DNA from: Longimicrobiales bacterium
GTDB lineage: Bacteria; Gemmatimonadota; Gemmatimonadetes; Longimicrobiales; Gaopeijiaceae
Assembly: GCA_965202985.1 (NCBI GenBank)
Contig: CBDBCF010000001.1
Location: 2,560,001 to 2,624,000, forward strand
DNA: 64,000 bases
Direction of reading: 5' to 3'
Below are positions 32,101 through 47,100 of the stretch, piece after piece. A model generated the notes under the pieces. That model saw only the letters and a program-made list of their open reading frames with translations, was not told the origin of the DNA and ran no database searches. The number at the start of each line of letters is the position of its first letter. The first letter of the stretch is position 1. The position numbers and the translations under genes are program-made.

Positions 32101-35100
32101 CTGCTGGGACTGGGCGCGCACGCGATCTCGAACAGCGCGAGCCACAAGGTGGACGGCAGCCGAATCGTTTCGCCGTCGGTGGACGAAGTGGCGATCGGCG
32201 GGCGGCGAGTCGGGGACACGTACGAGCTGGGCCAGTTCATCATCATCTTCCTGATCTTCGACCGGGAGGTCGTCGTCACGGGGGCGCCGCAGGTGGCGCT
32301 GAGGGTGGGGACGCAGACGCGGCAGGCGGAGTACTTCACCGGTTCGACGGACCAGCTGACCTTCACTTATGTGGTGCAGGCGTCGGACGTGGACGCGGAC
32401 GGCATCTCGATGGACGCGAACGCGCTGACGCTGAACGGCGGCACGATCGCGTCGGCGGTCGACAGCACGACGGCGGCGAACTTGGCGACGCAGGCGTTCG
32501 CTCCGGGCGCGAACTACAAGGTGAACGGCGCCCAGACGACGCAGCCGTCGGTGACGACCGTGGCGTTCGGCGACTTGCCGACGGGGCAGACCTACGAGCT
32601 GGGCGACGAAGTCGTCGTCAGCGTAGGCTTCGACAGGGTGATCGAGGTGACGGGCGCGCCGCAGCTGGCGCTGACGATCGGCGCGGAGACGCGCCAGGCG
32701 AGCTTCGACGAACTCGCCCGGCTGGGCGACATACTGCGCTTCAGCTACGTGGTGCGGCCGCCGGACGCGGATTCGAACGGGATCAGCATCGGGGCGAACG
32801 CGCTGACGTTGAACGGAGGGACGATCCGCCTGGGCGGAAGCGCGACGGTGAACGCGAACCTGGGGTTGGGCGCGCACGCGATCGTCGACGACCCCAACCG
32901 CAAGGTCGACAGCAACCGGGGACCGCCGGGGGTGAGCGGCCTCGCGTTGAACTCGCCGGTGGCGGACGACACGTACGGCTTGGGCGACGTGATCGAGGCG
33001 ACGGTGACGTTCAACAAGTCGGTGGACGTGACGGGGACGCCGCAGCTGGCGCTGGGGATCGGTTCGCAGACGCGGCAGGCGTCGTACGCGAGCGGGACGG
33101 GCACGGCGTCGCTGGTGTTCCGCTACACCGTGGCGGCGGCCGACGCGGACAGCGTCGGGCTGAGCATCGGCGCGAGCGCGCTGTCGCTGAACGGCGGGAC
33201 GATCGACGTGGCGGGCGGCACGACGGACGCGTTCCTCGACCTGGGCGGCCATGCGGTGTCGAACAGCGCGAGCCACAAGGTGGACGGAACCTTGGACCGG
33301 CCGACGGTGGCGGACTTGGTCGTGGGGTCGCCGCCGACGGGCGACACCTTCGAGCGCAACGACTCGATTGCGGTGACGGTGACGTTCAACAAGTCGGTGG
33401 ACGTGACGGGGACGCCGCAGCTGGCGCTGGGGATCGGGACGCAGACGCGGCAGGCGGCGTACGCTTCAGGCACGGGCACGGCGTCGCTGGTGTTCCGCTA
33501 CTTGGTGGTGCCGGGGGATGTGGACGCCGACGGGCTGAGCATCGGCGCGAGCGCGCTGTCGCTGAACGGCGGGACGATCGACATCGCGGGCGGCACGACG
33601 GACGCGCTGCTGGGCCTGGGCACCCATGCGGTGTCGAACAGCTCGGGCCACAAGGTGGCGGGCGGGACGTTCACGGCGACAGCGGTCAGCGGCGTGTCGA
33701 TCACGAGCAGCCCGGCCGCCGACAGCACGTACGGCCTGGGCGAGCAGATCGAAGTGGAGGTGACGTTCGTGCGGCCGGTGGTTGTGACGGGGATGCCACA
33801 GGTGGCGCTGGGCATCGGGACCGACACGGTGCATGCGGACTACGCCTCCGGGACGGGCACGACGACGCTAACGTTCCGGCATGCCGTGGCGGTGGGCGAC
33901 GCGGACTCCGACGGGATCGGCGTCGGCGCAAGCGCGCTGACCTTGAACGGCGGGACGATCGCCGACGCCCGGGACGGGGCCACGGCGGCTGGGCTGGGGC
34001 TGAGCGCGCACGCGATCGCGAACGCTGCGGCGCACAAGGTGGACGCGAGCCGGGGCGCGGCGGGGGTGACGGGCGTGTCGATCGGCGCCCCGGTGGTGGG
34101 CGACACGTTCGAGCGCGCCGACACGATTGCTGCGACGGTGACGTTCAACAAGGCGGTGGACGTGGGGGGCGCGCCGCAGTTGGCGCTGACGATCGGCGCG
34201 GTCGCGCGGCAGGCGTCGTACGCATCGGGGACGGGCACGGCGTCGCTGGTGTTCCGGTACGTGGTGGTGCAGGCGGACGCGGACGCGGACGGTTTGAGCA
34301 TCGGGTCGAGCGCTTTGGGGTTGAACGGCGGCACGATCCGGGTTGCGGGCGAGACGACGGACGCTTTGCTGGGCTTGGGCAGTCACGCGGTGAGCAACAG
34401 CGCGGGCCACAAGGTTGCGGGCGGGACGTTGACGGGGCCGTCGCCGAGCGGCGTGGCGATCGCGAGCACGCCGTCGAGCGACGGCACGTACGGTCGGACG
34501 GAGCGGATCGAGGTGGAGGTGACGTTCGCGCGGCCGGTGGTGGTGACGGGGACGCCGCAGCTGGCGCTGGGGATCGGTTCGCAGACGCGGCAGGCGTCGT
34601 ACGCGAGCGGGAGTGGCACGAAGGCGCTGGCGTTCCGGTACACGGTGCAGGGGACGGACCGCGACTCGACTGGGCTGAGCGTCGGCGCGAGCGCTTTGTC
34701 GCTGAACGGCGGTACGATTGCGGACGCGCGCGACGGCGCGACGGCGGCGGCGCTGGGGCTGGGCGCTCACGCGGTGTCGAACGCGGCGGCGCACAAGGTG
34801 GACGGCAGCCTGGGCACGCCGGGGGTGATCGGCGTGTCGTTCGCGGACGATCCGTACAACTCGGAGTACGAGCGGGGCGACGCGATCGATGTCCGTGTGT
34901 TGTTCAGCAGGGCGGTGGACGTGACGGGCGCGCCCGAGCTGGCGTTGGGGATCGGTTCGCAGACGCGGCGGGCTGCGTATGCGTCGGGCACGGGCACGGA
35001 CACGCTGTTGTTCCGCTACGTGGTGGTGCAGTCGGACCGGGACGTGGACGGGATCAGCATCGGTGCGGGCGCGCTGACGCTGAACGGCGGTACGATCCGT

Positions 35101-38100
35101 GCGTCGGGCACGACGCTGGACGCTGTTCTGGGGCTGGGTTCGCACGCGATTGCGAACAGTTCGAATCACCAGGTGAACGGCTCGCTGTTCACGGGTCTGG
35201 CGGTGGAGGACGTTGTTGTTCGGAGCGCGCCGGCGAGCGACAGCACGTACAAGCTGGGCGAGCGGATCGAGTTGGATGTGTTGTTCCAGCGGACAGTGGT
35301 GGTGACGGGCACGCCCGAGCTGGCGCTGGGGATCGGGAGCGCGACGCGGCAGGCGTCCTACGCGAGCGGGAGCGGCACGAAGCAGTTGCGGTTCCGCTAC
35401 GCGGTGCAGGCTGCGGACGTGGACGCGGACGGGATCAGCTTGGGCGCGAGCGCTTTGGCGCTGAACGGCGGCACGATCGTCGACGCGCGCGCGGGCGGGT
35501 CGGCTGCGGGGCTGGGCACGTCGGCGAGCGTGTTCAGCGACGCCGCGGCGCACAAGGTGAACGGCGGCGTGGGCGCGCCGAGCGTAAGCGCGCTGTCGAT
35601 CGGCGCGCCGGTGGTGGGCGACGTGTTCGAGCGGGGCGACACGATAGTTGCGACGGTGGCGTTCAACGCGGCGGTGGACGTGACGGGCACGCCGCAGCTG
35701 GCGCTTGCGATCGGGAGCGCGACGCGGCAGGCGGGCTACGCGTCGGGGACGGGCACGGCGTCGCTGGTGTTCCGGTACGTGGTGGTGCAGACGGACGCGG
35801 ACGCGGACGGGTTGAGCGTCGGGGCGAGCGCGCTGGCGTTGAACGGCGGTACGGTCCGTCGGACGGGCACGGCGACGGACGCGGTTCTGGGGCTGGGCGG
35901 GCACGCGGTGGCGAACAGCGCGGGCCACAAGGTTGCGGGCGGTACGTTCACGGCGTCGTCGGTCGGCGGCGTGGCGATAGCGAGCGTGCCTGGGAGCGAC
36001 AGCACGTACGTCCGCACGGAGCGGATCGAGGTCGAGGTGACGTTCGCGCGGCCGGTGACGGTGACGGGCACGCCGCGGCTGGCGCTTGCGATCGGTTCGC
36101 AGACGCGGCAGGCGGCGTACGCGAGCGGCAGCGGCACGAAGACGCTGACGTTCCGTTACGCGGTGCAGGCTGCGGACTCCGATTCGGACGGCATCGGCGT
36201 CGGCGCGAGCGCTTTGGCGCTGAACGGCGGCGCGATCGCCGACGCGCGCGACGGCGCGACGGCGGCGGCGCTGGGGTTGGGGAGCCATGCGATCGCGAAC
36301 GCTGCGGCGCACAAGGTGAACGGCGCTCGCGGACCGCCGGGCGTGAGCGGGTTGTCGATCGGCTCGCCGGTGGTGGGCGACACATTCGAGCGCGGCGACA
36401 CGATAGCGGCGACGGTGACGTTCGACGTCTCGGTGGACGTGACGGGCACGCCGCGGCTGGCGCTGGCGATCGGGACGCAGACGCGGCAGGCGTCGTACGC
36501 TTCGGGCACGGGCACGGCGTCGCTCGTGTTCCGCTACGTGGTGGCGCAGGCGGACGCGGACGCGGACGGGCTCAGCATCGCGGCGAGCGCTTTGGGGTTG
36601 AACGGCGGGACGATCGACGTGGCGGGCGGCACGACGGACGCGCTGCTGGGGCTGGGCAGTCACGCGGTGAGCAACAGCGCGGGCCACAAGGTTGCGGGCG
36701 GGACGTTCACGGCGGCGTCGGTGAGCGGCGTGACGATAGCGAGCGAGCCGGCGAGCGACAGCACGTACGCGGAGACGGAGGAGATCGCGGTCGAGGTCTC
36801 GTTCAGCCGTCGTGTGACGGTGACGGGCACGCCGCAGCTGGCGTTGGCGATCGACACGCTGACGCGGCAGGCGGAGTACGCCGGCGGCACGGGCACGGCG
36901 ACGCTGACGTTCGCGTACCAGGTGGCGGCTGCGGACGTCGACTCGACGGGGCTCAGCATCGCAGCGAGCGCGCTGGGGTTGAACGGCGGCACGATTGCGG
37001 ACGCTCGCGACGGCACGACGGCGGCCAGCCTGGGCTTGGGGTCGAACGCGGTGTCGGACGCGGCGGCGCACAAGGTGGACGGCAGCCTGCCGCCGCCGGT
37101 GACGCGCGCGACGGGCGCGCCGGAGGCGACGGGCCTGGCGATCGGAGCGCCGGCGGTGGGCGACGTGTTCGAGCGTGGCGAGACGATCGAGGTCGAGCTG
37201 GCGTTCCACCGAGCGGTCGAAGTGACGGGCACGCCGCGGCTGGCGCTGACGATCGGCGCTGCGACCAGGCAGGCGAGCTACGCGGCGGGGACGGGGACGG
37301 ACACGCTCGTGTTCCGCTACGTGGTGGCGGCGGGCGACGCGGACGCGGACGGCATCGGCATCGCGGCGAGCGCATTGGCGCTGAACGGCGGGACGATCAG
37401 GGCGGCGGGCGAGGCGCTGGACGCTTTGCTGGACCTGGGCGCGTTCGCGGTCGCGAACAGCGCGGGCCACAAGGTGGCGGGCGGCACGTTCACGACGCCG
37501 GCGGTGAGCGGTGTGACGATATCGAGCGCGCCGGCGAGCGACAGCACGTACCAGCTGGGCGAGCGGATCGAGGTGAAGGTGGCGTTCGGGCGGCCGGTCG
37601 CGGTGACGGGCGCGCCCGAGCTGGCGCTCGCGATCGGCGCGCAGACGCGGCAGGCGAGCTGGGCGTCGGCGTCGAGCACGGCGGACACGCTGGTGTTCGG
37701 CTACGCGGTCCGTCCGGCGGACGCGGACGCGGACGGCATCGGCATCGCGGCGAGCGCGCTGGCGCTGAACGGCGGTACGATTGCCGACGTGCGTGCGGGC
37801 GCGACGGCGGCGAGCCTGGGACTGGGGTCGAACGCGATCGTCAACGCGGCGGCGCACAAGGTGGACGGCAGCCTGGGGCCGCCGGGCGCGACGCACTTGT
37901 CGGTCACGGCGCCGCTGTCGGCGCAGACCTTCGAGCGGGGCGACACGATCTTCGCGAGCGTGCGGTTCAACAAGGCGGTGGACGTGACGGGCACGCCCGA
38001 GCTGGCGCTTGCGATCGGGAGCGCGACGCGGCAGGCGTCGTACGCGAGCGGCACGGGCGCGACGGAGCTGGAGTTCCGCTACGTGGTGGTGCAGTCGGAC

Positions 38101-41100
38101 GCGGACGCGGACGGGCTCAGCATCGCAGCGAACGCGCTGACGCTGAACGGCGGCACGATCGACGTGGCGGGCGGCACGACGGACGCGTTGCTGAGCCTCG
38201 AGCACGTAGCGATCAGCAACGCTGCCGGCTTCCGCGTCGCGGGCGGCACGTTCACGGCGCCGGCGGTGACGTGGGCGGGGATCTCGAGCAGCCCGTCGGA
38301 CGGGAGCACGTACGAGCTGGGCGAGCAGATCGGCGTGACGGTGACGTTCAACCGCAACGTGACGGTGACGGGCGCGCCCGAGCTGGCGCTCGCGATCGGC
38401 GCGCAGACGCGGCAGGCGGCGTACGTCGCGGCGGCGTCGGGCAACCGCGAGCTCGAGTTCCGCTACGCGGTGGCGGCGGGCGACGCCGACGCCGACGGCA
38501 TCAGCGTCGGCGCGAGCGCGCTGACGCTGAACGGCGGCACGATCGTGGACCCCCGCGACGGCACGACGGCGGCGAACCTCGGGCTGGGCGCGAGCGCGAT
38601 CGCGAACAGCGCGGGCCATGCGGTGGACGGCAGTCGCGGACCGCCGGGCGCGAGCGGGGTGTCGATTGCGGCGCCGCCGACGGGCGACACCTTCGAGCGC
38701 GGCGACACGATTGCGGCGACGGTCGTGTTCAACAAGGCGGTGGACGCGACGGGCACGCCCGAGCTGGCGCTGACGATCGGCGCGCAGACGCGGCAGGCGT
38801 CGTACGCGAGCGGCACGGGCACGACGTCGCTGGTGTTCCGCTACGTCGTGGCGACTGCGGACGCGGACGCCGACGGCATCAGCATCGCGGCGGGCGCGCT
38901 GGCGCTGAACGGCGGCACGATCGACGTGGCGGGCGGCACGACCGACGCGGTGCTGGGGCTGGGCCGCCACGCGATCGCGAACAGCGCGGGCCACAAGGTG
39001 TCGGGCTCGACGTTCACGGCGTCGGCCGTGAGCGGCGTGACGATATCGAGCAGTCCGTCGAGCGGCGACACCTACGGCCTGGGCGAGCGGATCGAGGTCG
39101 AGGTGGCGTTCGTTCGCGCGGTCGGCGCGACGGGCACGCCGCGGCTGGCGCTCGGCGTCGGGGCCGACACGGTGCACGCGGACTACGCCTCCGGCACGGG
39201 CACGAAGACGCTGACGTTCCGCTACGCCGTCGCAGCGTCCGACGCCGACAGCGACGGCATCAGCATCGGCGCGAGCGCGCTGGCGCTGAACGGCGGCACG
39301 ATCGTCGACGCGCGCGACGGCGCGACCGCGGCGAGCCTGGGCCTGGGCTCCAACGCGATCGCGAACGCTGCGGCGCACAAGGTGGACGGCGCGCAGGGAC
39401 CGGCGGGGGTGATCGCGCTGACGATCGCTTCGCCCGTGGTGGGCGACACGTTCGAGCGCGGCGACACGGTGGTCGCGACGGTGACGTTCAACAAGGCGGT
39501 GGACGCGACGGGCGCGCCGCAGCTCGCGCTGACGATCGGGACGCAGACGCGGCAGGCGGCGTATGCGCGCGGCACGGGCACGGCGTCGCTGGTGTTCCAG
39601 TACGTCGTGGCGACTGCGGACGCGGACGCCGACGGCATCAGCATCGCGGCGGGCGCGCTGTCGCTGAACGGCGGCACGATCGACGTGGCGGGCGGCACGA
39701 CCGACGCGCTGCTGGGGCTGGGCGCGCACGCCGTGACGAACAGCGCGGGCCACAAGGTCGCGGGCGGCACGTTCACGGCGGCGGCGGCGAGCGGGGTCGC
39801 GATTGCGAGCGCGCCGGCCAGCGACAGCACCTACGGGCGGACGGAGCGGATCGAGGTCGAAGTGACGTTCGACCGCAACGTCACGGTGACGGGCGCGCCG
39901 CAGCTGGCGCTGACGGTCGGGACGCAGACGCGGCAGGCGGCGTACGCGAGCGGCACGGGCACGAAGACGCTGGCGTTCCGCTACACGGTGCAGGCTGCGG
40001 ACAGCGACTCGACGGGCATCGGCATCGCGGCGAGCGCGCTGGCGCTGAACGGCGGCGCGATCGCCGACGCGCGCGACGGCGCCACCGCGGCGACGCTGGG
40101 GCTGGGTTCGAACGCGATATCGAACGCTGCGGCGCACAAGGTGGACGGCAGCCGCGGACCGCCGGGCGTGACGGCGCTGTCGATCGGCTCTCCGACGGTG
40201 GGCGACACCTTCGAGCGCGGCGAGACGATCGAGGTCGCGCTGGCGTTCAACCGCGCGGTGGACGTGACGGGCGCGCCGCGGCTGGCGCTGGGAATCGGGA
40301 GCGCGACCAGGCAGGCGAGCTACGCCGCGGGGACGGGCACGGACACGCTGACGTTCCGCTACGTGGTGGCGGCGGGCGACGCCGACGCCGACGGCATCAG
40401 CATCGGCGCCGGCGCATTGGCGCTGAGCGGCGGCACGATCAAGGTCGCGGGCGGCACGCTGGACGCGACTTTGGGGTTGGGCGCGGGCGTGGCGGTGAGC
40501 AACAGCGGCAGCCACAAGGTCGCGGGCGGCACGTTCACGACGCCGGCCGTGAGCGCGGTGACGATATCGAGCACGCCGGCGAGTGGTCAGACGTACCAGC
40601 TGGGCGAGCAGATCGAGGTGAAGGTCGCGTTCGGCCGTCCTGTGGCGGTGACGGGTTCGCCGCGCTTGGCGCTGACGATCGGCACGACGACTAGGCAGGC
40701 GGGCTACGTGGCCGCTTCGAGCAAGGCGGACACGCTGGCGTTCGGCTACGCGGTCCGTCCTGCGGACGCGGACGCGGACGGGCTCAGCATCGCAGCGAGC
40801 GCGCTCGCGCTGAACGGCGGCTCGATCGCCGACGCGCGGCCGGGCGCGGTTGCGGCTGCGCTGGGCCTGGGTTCGAGCGCGGTGTCGAACGACGCGTCGC
40901 ACAAGGTGAACGGCAGCCTGGGACCGCCGGGCGTCGTGGGGTTGACCGTGGCTGCGCCCGTGGTGGGCACGACGTTCGAGCGCGGCGACACGATCGTGGC
41001 GACGGTGACGTTCAACAAGGCGGTGGACGCGACGGGCACGCCGCAGCTGGCGCTCGCCATCGGGAACGCGACGCGGCAGGCGAACTACGCGAGCGGCACG

Positions 41101-44100
41101 GGCACGACGGCGCTGGTGTTCCGGTACGTGGTGGCGGCTGCGGACGCCGACGCCGACGGGTTGAGCATCGGCGCGAGCGCGCTGGCGCTGAACGGCGGGA
41201 CGATCGACGTTGCGGGCGGCACGACGGACGCGCTGCTGAGCCTGGAACACCACGCGCTCGGCAACGACGGCGCGCGCCGTGTCGCGGGCGGGACGTTCAC
41301 GGCGGCGTCGGCGAGCGGCGTGGCGATATCGAGCAGCCCGGCGAGCGACAGCACGTACGGCCGGACGGAGCGGATCGAGGTCGAGGTGACGTTCGACCGC
41401 AACGTGGCGGTGACGGGCGCGCCGCAGCTGGCGCTGGGGATCGGCACGCAGACGCGGCAGGCTGCGTACGCGAGCGGGACGGGCACGACGACGCTGACGT
41501 TCGGCTACACGGTCGCGGCTGCGGACGCGGACGCGAACGGGATCGGCATCGGCGCGAGCGCGTTGGCGCTGAACGGCGGGACGATTGCGGACGCTCGCGA
41601 CGCGAGCGAGGCGGCGGGCCTGGGCCTGGGGAGCTACGCGATCGCGAACGCTGCGGCGCACAAGGTGGACGGCAACCAGGGGCCGCCGGGTGCGACGGGC
41701 TTGACGGTCGCGTCGCCGCCGACGGGCGACACGTTCGAGCGTGGCGACGTGATTGCGGCGGCGCTGACGTTCAACCGTGCGGTGGCGGTGACGGGCACGC
41801 CGCAGCTGGCGCTGGGGATCGGTACGCAGACGCGGCAGGCGAGCTACGCGAGCGGCAGCGGCACGATGTCGCTGGTGTTCGAGTACACGGTGGTGCAGGC
41901 GGACGCGGACGCGGACGGGTTGAGCATCGGGACGAGCGCGCTGGCGTTGAACGGCGGCACGATCCGGCTGTCGGGCGGCACGCTGGACGCGACTTTGGGG
42001 CTGAGCACGCACGCGATATCGAACAGCACGGGGCACAAGGTGGCGGGCGGCACGTTCACGGCGTCGTCGGTGAGCGGCGTGACGATCACGAGCACTCCGT
42101 CGAGCGGGGACACGTACGGGCTGGGCGAGGAGATCGAGGTCGAGGCGACGTTCGTGCGGCCGGTGAACGTGACGGGCGCGCCGCAGCTGGCGCTGACGGT
42201 GGGTGCTGCGACGCGGCAGGCGGCGTACGCGAGCGGGACAGGCACGAAGACGCTGACGTTCGGGTACGAGGTGGTGGCGGGGGACGCGGACGCGAACGGG
42301 ATCGGCGTCGGCGCGAGCGCGTTGGCGCTGAACGGCGGCACGATCGCCGACGCGCGCGACGGTTCGACGGCGGCCAGCCTGGGCTTGGGATCGAGCGCGG
42401 TCGCGAACGCTGCTGCGCACAAGGTCGACGGCAGCCTGGGACCGCCGGGCGTGACGGGGTTGGCGATCGGCTCGCCGCAGGTGGGCGACACGTTCGAGCG
42501 CGGCGAGACGATCGAGGTCGAGGTCGCGTTCAACAAGGCGGTGGCGGTGACGGGCACGCCGCAGCTGGCGCTGACGATCGGCACGACGACGAAGCAGGCG
42601 AGCTACGCTGCGGGCACGGACACGGACACGCTGGTGTTCCGGTACGTGGTGGCGGCTGCGGACGCGGACGCGGACGGGATCAGCATCGGCGCGAGCGCGT
42701 TGGCGCTGAACGGCGGCACGATCGACGTGTCGGGCGGGACGACCGACGCGGTGCTGCGGCTGGGCGCGAGCGCGGTCGCGAACAGCACGGGCCACAAGGT
42801 CGCGGGCGGCACGTTCACGGCGGCGGCGGCGAACGGCGCGGCGATAACGAGCGCGCCGTCGAGCGACAGCACGTACGGCCGGACCGAGCGGATCGAGGTC
42901 GAGGTGTCGTTCACGCGGCCGGTGACGGTGACGGGCCCGCCGCAGCTGGCGCTGACGATCGGCACGCGGACGCGGCAGGCGGCGTACGCGAGCGGGAGCG
43001 GCACGACGACGCTGGCGTTCGGCTACACGGTGCAGGCTGCGGACGCGGACAGCGACGGGTTGAGCGTCGGCGCGAGCGCGCTGGCGCTGAACGGCGGGAC
43101 GATCGCCGACGCGCGCGACGGCGCGACCGCGGCGACGCTGGGGCTGGGGACGAACGCGATCGCCAACGCTGCGGCGCACAAGGTGGACGGCAGCCGCGGA
43201 CCGCCGGGCGTGACGGCGCTGTCGATCAGTGCGCCGACGGTCGGCGACACCTTCGAGCGCGGCGAGACGATCGAGGTCGCGCTGGTGTTCAACCGGTCGG
43301 TGGACGTGACGGGCACGCCGCGGCTGGCGCTCACGATCGGTTCGGCGACGCGGCAGGCGAGCTGGGCCGCGGGGACGGGAACCGACACGCTGACGTTCCG
43401 CTACGTCGTGGCGGCGGGCGACGCCGACGGCGACGGCGTCAGCATCGGCGTCGGCGCATTGACGCTGAACGGCGGCACGATCCGGGTCGCGGGCGGCACG
43501 CTGGACGCGACGCTGGGGCTGGGTTCGAGCGCGGTGACGAACAGCGGGGGCCACAAGGTTGCGGGCGGCACGTTCACGACGCCGGCGCCGAGCGGCGTGA
43601 CGGTGTCGAGCACGCCGGCGAGCGCGAGCACGTACCAGCTGGGCGAGTCGATCGAGGTGAAGGTGGCGTTTGGGCGACCGGTGACGGTGACGGGCTCGCC
43701 GCGTCTGGCGCTGACGATCGGCACGCAGACGCGGCAGGCGAGCTACGACGCGTCGTCGAGCAAGGCGGACACGCTGGTGTTCGGCTACGCGGTCCGTCCC
43801 GCGGACGCGGACGCGGACGGGCTCAGCATCGCAGCGAGCGCGCTGACGCTGAACGGCGGCGCGATCGCCGACGTGCGGCCGGGCGCTGCGGCTGCTGCGC
43901 TGGACCTGGGGTCGAACGCGGTGACGAACGCGGCGTCCCACAAGGTGAACGGCAGCTTGGGGCCGCCGGGCGTCGTGGGGTTGACCGTGGCTGCACCGCC
44001 GGTGGGCGCCACGTTCGAGCGCGGCGACACGGTGGCGGCGACGGTGACGTTCAACAAGGCGGTGGACGTGACGGGCACGCCGCAGCTGGCGCTGGGGATC

Positions 44101-47100
44101 GGTTCGACGACGAGGCAGGCGGCGTACGCTTCGGGCACGGGCACGACGGCGCTGGTGTTCCGGTACGTGGTGGTGCAGGCGGACGCGGACGCCGACGGGT
44201 TGAGCGTCGGCGCGAACGCGCTGGCGCTGAACGGCGGCACGATCGACGTGGCGGGCGGCACGACGGACGCCTTGCTGAGCCTGGCGCACCACGCGATCGG
44301 CAACGACGGCGCGCGCCGAGTCGCGGGCGGGACGTTCACGGCGTCGTCGGTTGCGGGCGTGACGATCTCGAGCAGTCCGGCGAGCGACAGCACGTACGGT
44401 CGGACGGAGGCGATCGAGGTGGAGGTGACGTTCGACCGCAACGTGGCGGTGACGGGGACGCCGCAGGTCGCGCTGACGATCGGTTCGCAGACGCGCCAGG
44501 CTGCGTACGCGAGCGGGACGGGTACGAAGACGCTGACGTTCCAGTACACGGTGGCGGCTGCGGACGCGGACGCGAACGGCATCAGCATCGGCGCGAGCGC
44601 ATTGGCGCTGAACGGCGGCACGATCTCCGACGCTCGCGACGCGAGCGAGGCGGCGGGGCTGGGCTTGGGCTCGAACGCGATATCGAACGCTGCGGCGCAC
44701 AAGGTGGACGGCAACCAGGGACCGCCGGGCGTGACGGGCTTGGTCGTGGCGTCCCCGCCCGTGGGCGACACGTTCGAGCGGGGCGACGTGATTGCGGCAA
44801 CGGCGACGTTCAACCGCGCGGTGGACGTGACGGGGACGCCGCAGCTGGCTTTGGGGATCGGTACGCAGACGCGGCAGGCGAGCTACGCGAGCGGCAGCGG
44901 CACGACGGCGCTGGTGTTCCGGTACACGGTGGTGCAGGCGGACGCGGACGCGGACGGCATCAGCATCGGGACGAGCGCTTTGGCGTTGAACAGCGGCACG
45001 ATCCGGCTGTCGGGCGGCACGCTGGACGCGACTTTGGGGCTGGGCACGCACGCGATATCGAACAGCACGGGCCACAAGGTGGCGGGCGGCACGTTCACGG
45101 CGGCGTCGGTGAGCGGCGTGACGATCACGAGCACTCCGTCGAGCGGGGACACGTACGGGCTGGGCGAGGAGATCGAGGTCGAGGCGACGTTCGTGCGGCC
45201 GGTGAACGTGACGGGCGCGCCGCAGCTGGCGCTGACGGTGGGGGCTGCGACGCGGCAGGCTGACTACGCGAGCGGTACGGGCACGAAGACGCTGACGTTC
45301 GGGTACGAGGTGGTGGCGGGGGACGCGGACGCGAACGGCATCGGCATTGGCGCGAGCGCGTTGGCGTTGAACAGCGGCACGATCGCCGACGCTCGTGACG
45401 GTTCGACGGCTGCGAGCCTGGGCTTGGGATCGAACACGGTGTCGAACGCGGCTGCGCACAAGGTGGACGGCAGTCTGGGACCGCCGGGCGTGACGGGGTT
45501 GTCGATCGGTGCGCCTCAGGTGGGCGACACGTTCGAGCGCGGCGAGACGATCGAGGTCGAGGTGGTGTTCAACAAGTCGGTGGCGGTGACGGGGACGCCG
45601 CAGCTGCAGCTGCGGTTCTCGAGCGGCTCGAAGCAGGCGGACTACGCGAGCGGGACGGGGACGGACACGCTGGTGTTCCGGTACGTGGTGGCGGCTGCGG
45701 ACGCGGATGCGGACGGGTTGGGCATCGGCGCGTCCGATTTGCGGCTGAACGGTGGTACGATCCGTCGGTCGGGCGCGGCGACGGACGCGGTGCTGGGGCT
45801 GGGCAGCCACGCGGTGATCCGCAGCACGGGCCACAAGGTGGCGGGCGGCACGTTCACGGCTGCTGCGGCGAGCGGCGTGGCGATCACGAGCGCGCCGTCG
45901 AGCGACAGCACGTACGGACGTACGGAGGTGATCGAGGTCGAGGTTGGGTTCACGCGTCCGGTGACGGTGACGGGCGTGCCGCAGTTGGCGCTGACGATCG
46001 GGTCGCAGACGCGGCAGGCGTCGTACGCGAGCGGGAGCGGCACGACGGCGCTGACGTTCCAGTACACGGTGCAGGCGTCGGACGCGGACTCGACGGGGAT
46101 CGGCATCGCGGCGAGCGCGTTGGCGCTGAACGGCGGAACGATCGCCGACGCTCGGGGCGGCACGACGGCGGCGGGCCTGGGTCTGGGGTCGAACGCGATA
46201 TCGAACGCGGCTGCGCACAAGGTGGACGGCAGCCGCGGACCGCCGGGCGTGACGTCGCTGACGATCGGCTCTCCGACGGTTGGCGACGTGTTCGAGCGTG
46301 GCGAGACGATCGAGGTCGAGCTGGTGTTCAACCGCGCGGTGGACGTGACGGGCGCGCCGCGGCTGGCGCTGACGATCGGGAGCGCGACCAGGCAGGCGAT
46401 CTACGCGAGCGGGAGCGGCACGGACACGCTGGTGTTCCGTTACGTGGTGGCGGCGGGCGACGCGGACTCCGACGGCATCGGCATCGCGGCGAGCGCGTTG
46501 GCGCTGAGCGGCGGCACGATCAAGGTCGCGGGCGGGACGCTGGACGCGACGCTGGGGCTGGGTACGAGCGCGGTGACGAACAGCGCGGGCCACAAGGTTG
46601 CGGGCGGCACGTTCACGACGCCGGCTGTGAGCGCGGTGACGATATCGAGCGCTCCGGCGAGCGCGAGCACGTACCAGCTGGGCGAGTCGATCGAGGTGAA
46701 GGTGGCGTTCAACCGTCCGGTGGCGGTGACGGGCGCGCCGCGCTTGGCGCTGACGATCGGGACCACGACGCGACAGGCCGGCTACGATGCCGCTTCGAGC
46801 AAGGCGGACACGCTGGTGTTCGGGTACGCGATCCGTCCTGCGGACGCGGACGCGGACGGCATCGGCATCGGCGCGAGCGCGCTCGCGCTGAACAGCGGGA
46901 CGATCGCCGACGTGCGTCCGGGCGCTGCTGCTGCTGCGCTGGACTTGAGCGCGAACGCGGTGACGAACGCGGCGTCGCACAAGGTGAACGGCAGCCTGGG
47001 TCCGCCGGGCGTGGTGGGGTTGACGGTGGCTGCGCCGCTGGTGGGCGACACGTTCGAGCGGGGCGACACGGTGGTTGCGACGGTGACGTTCAACAAGGCG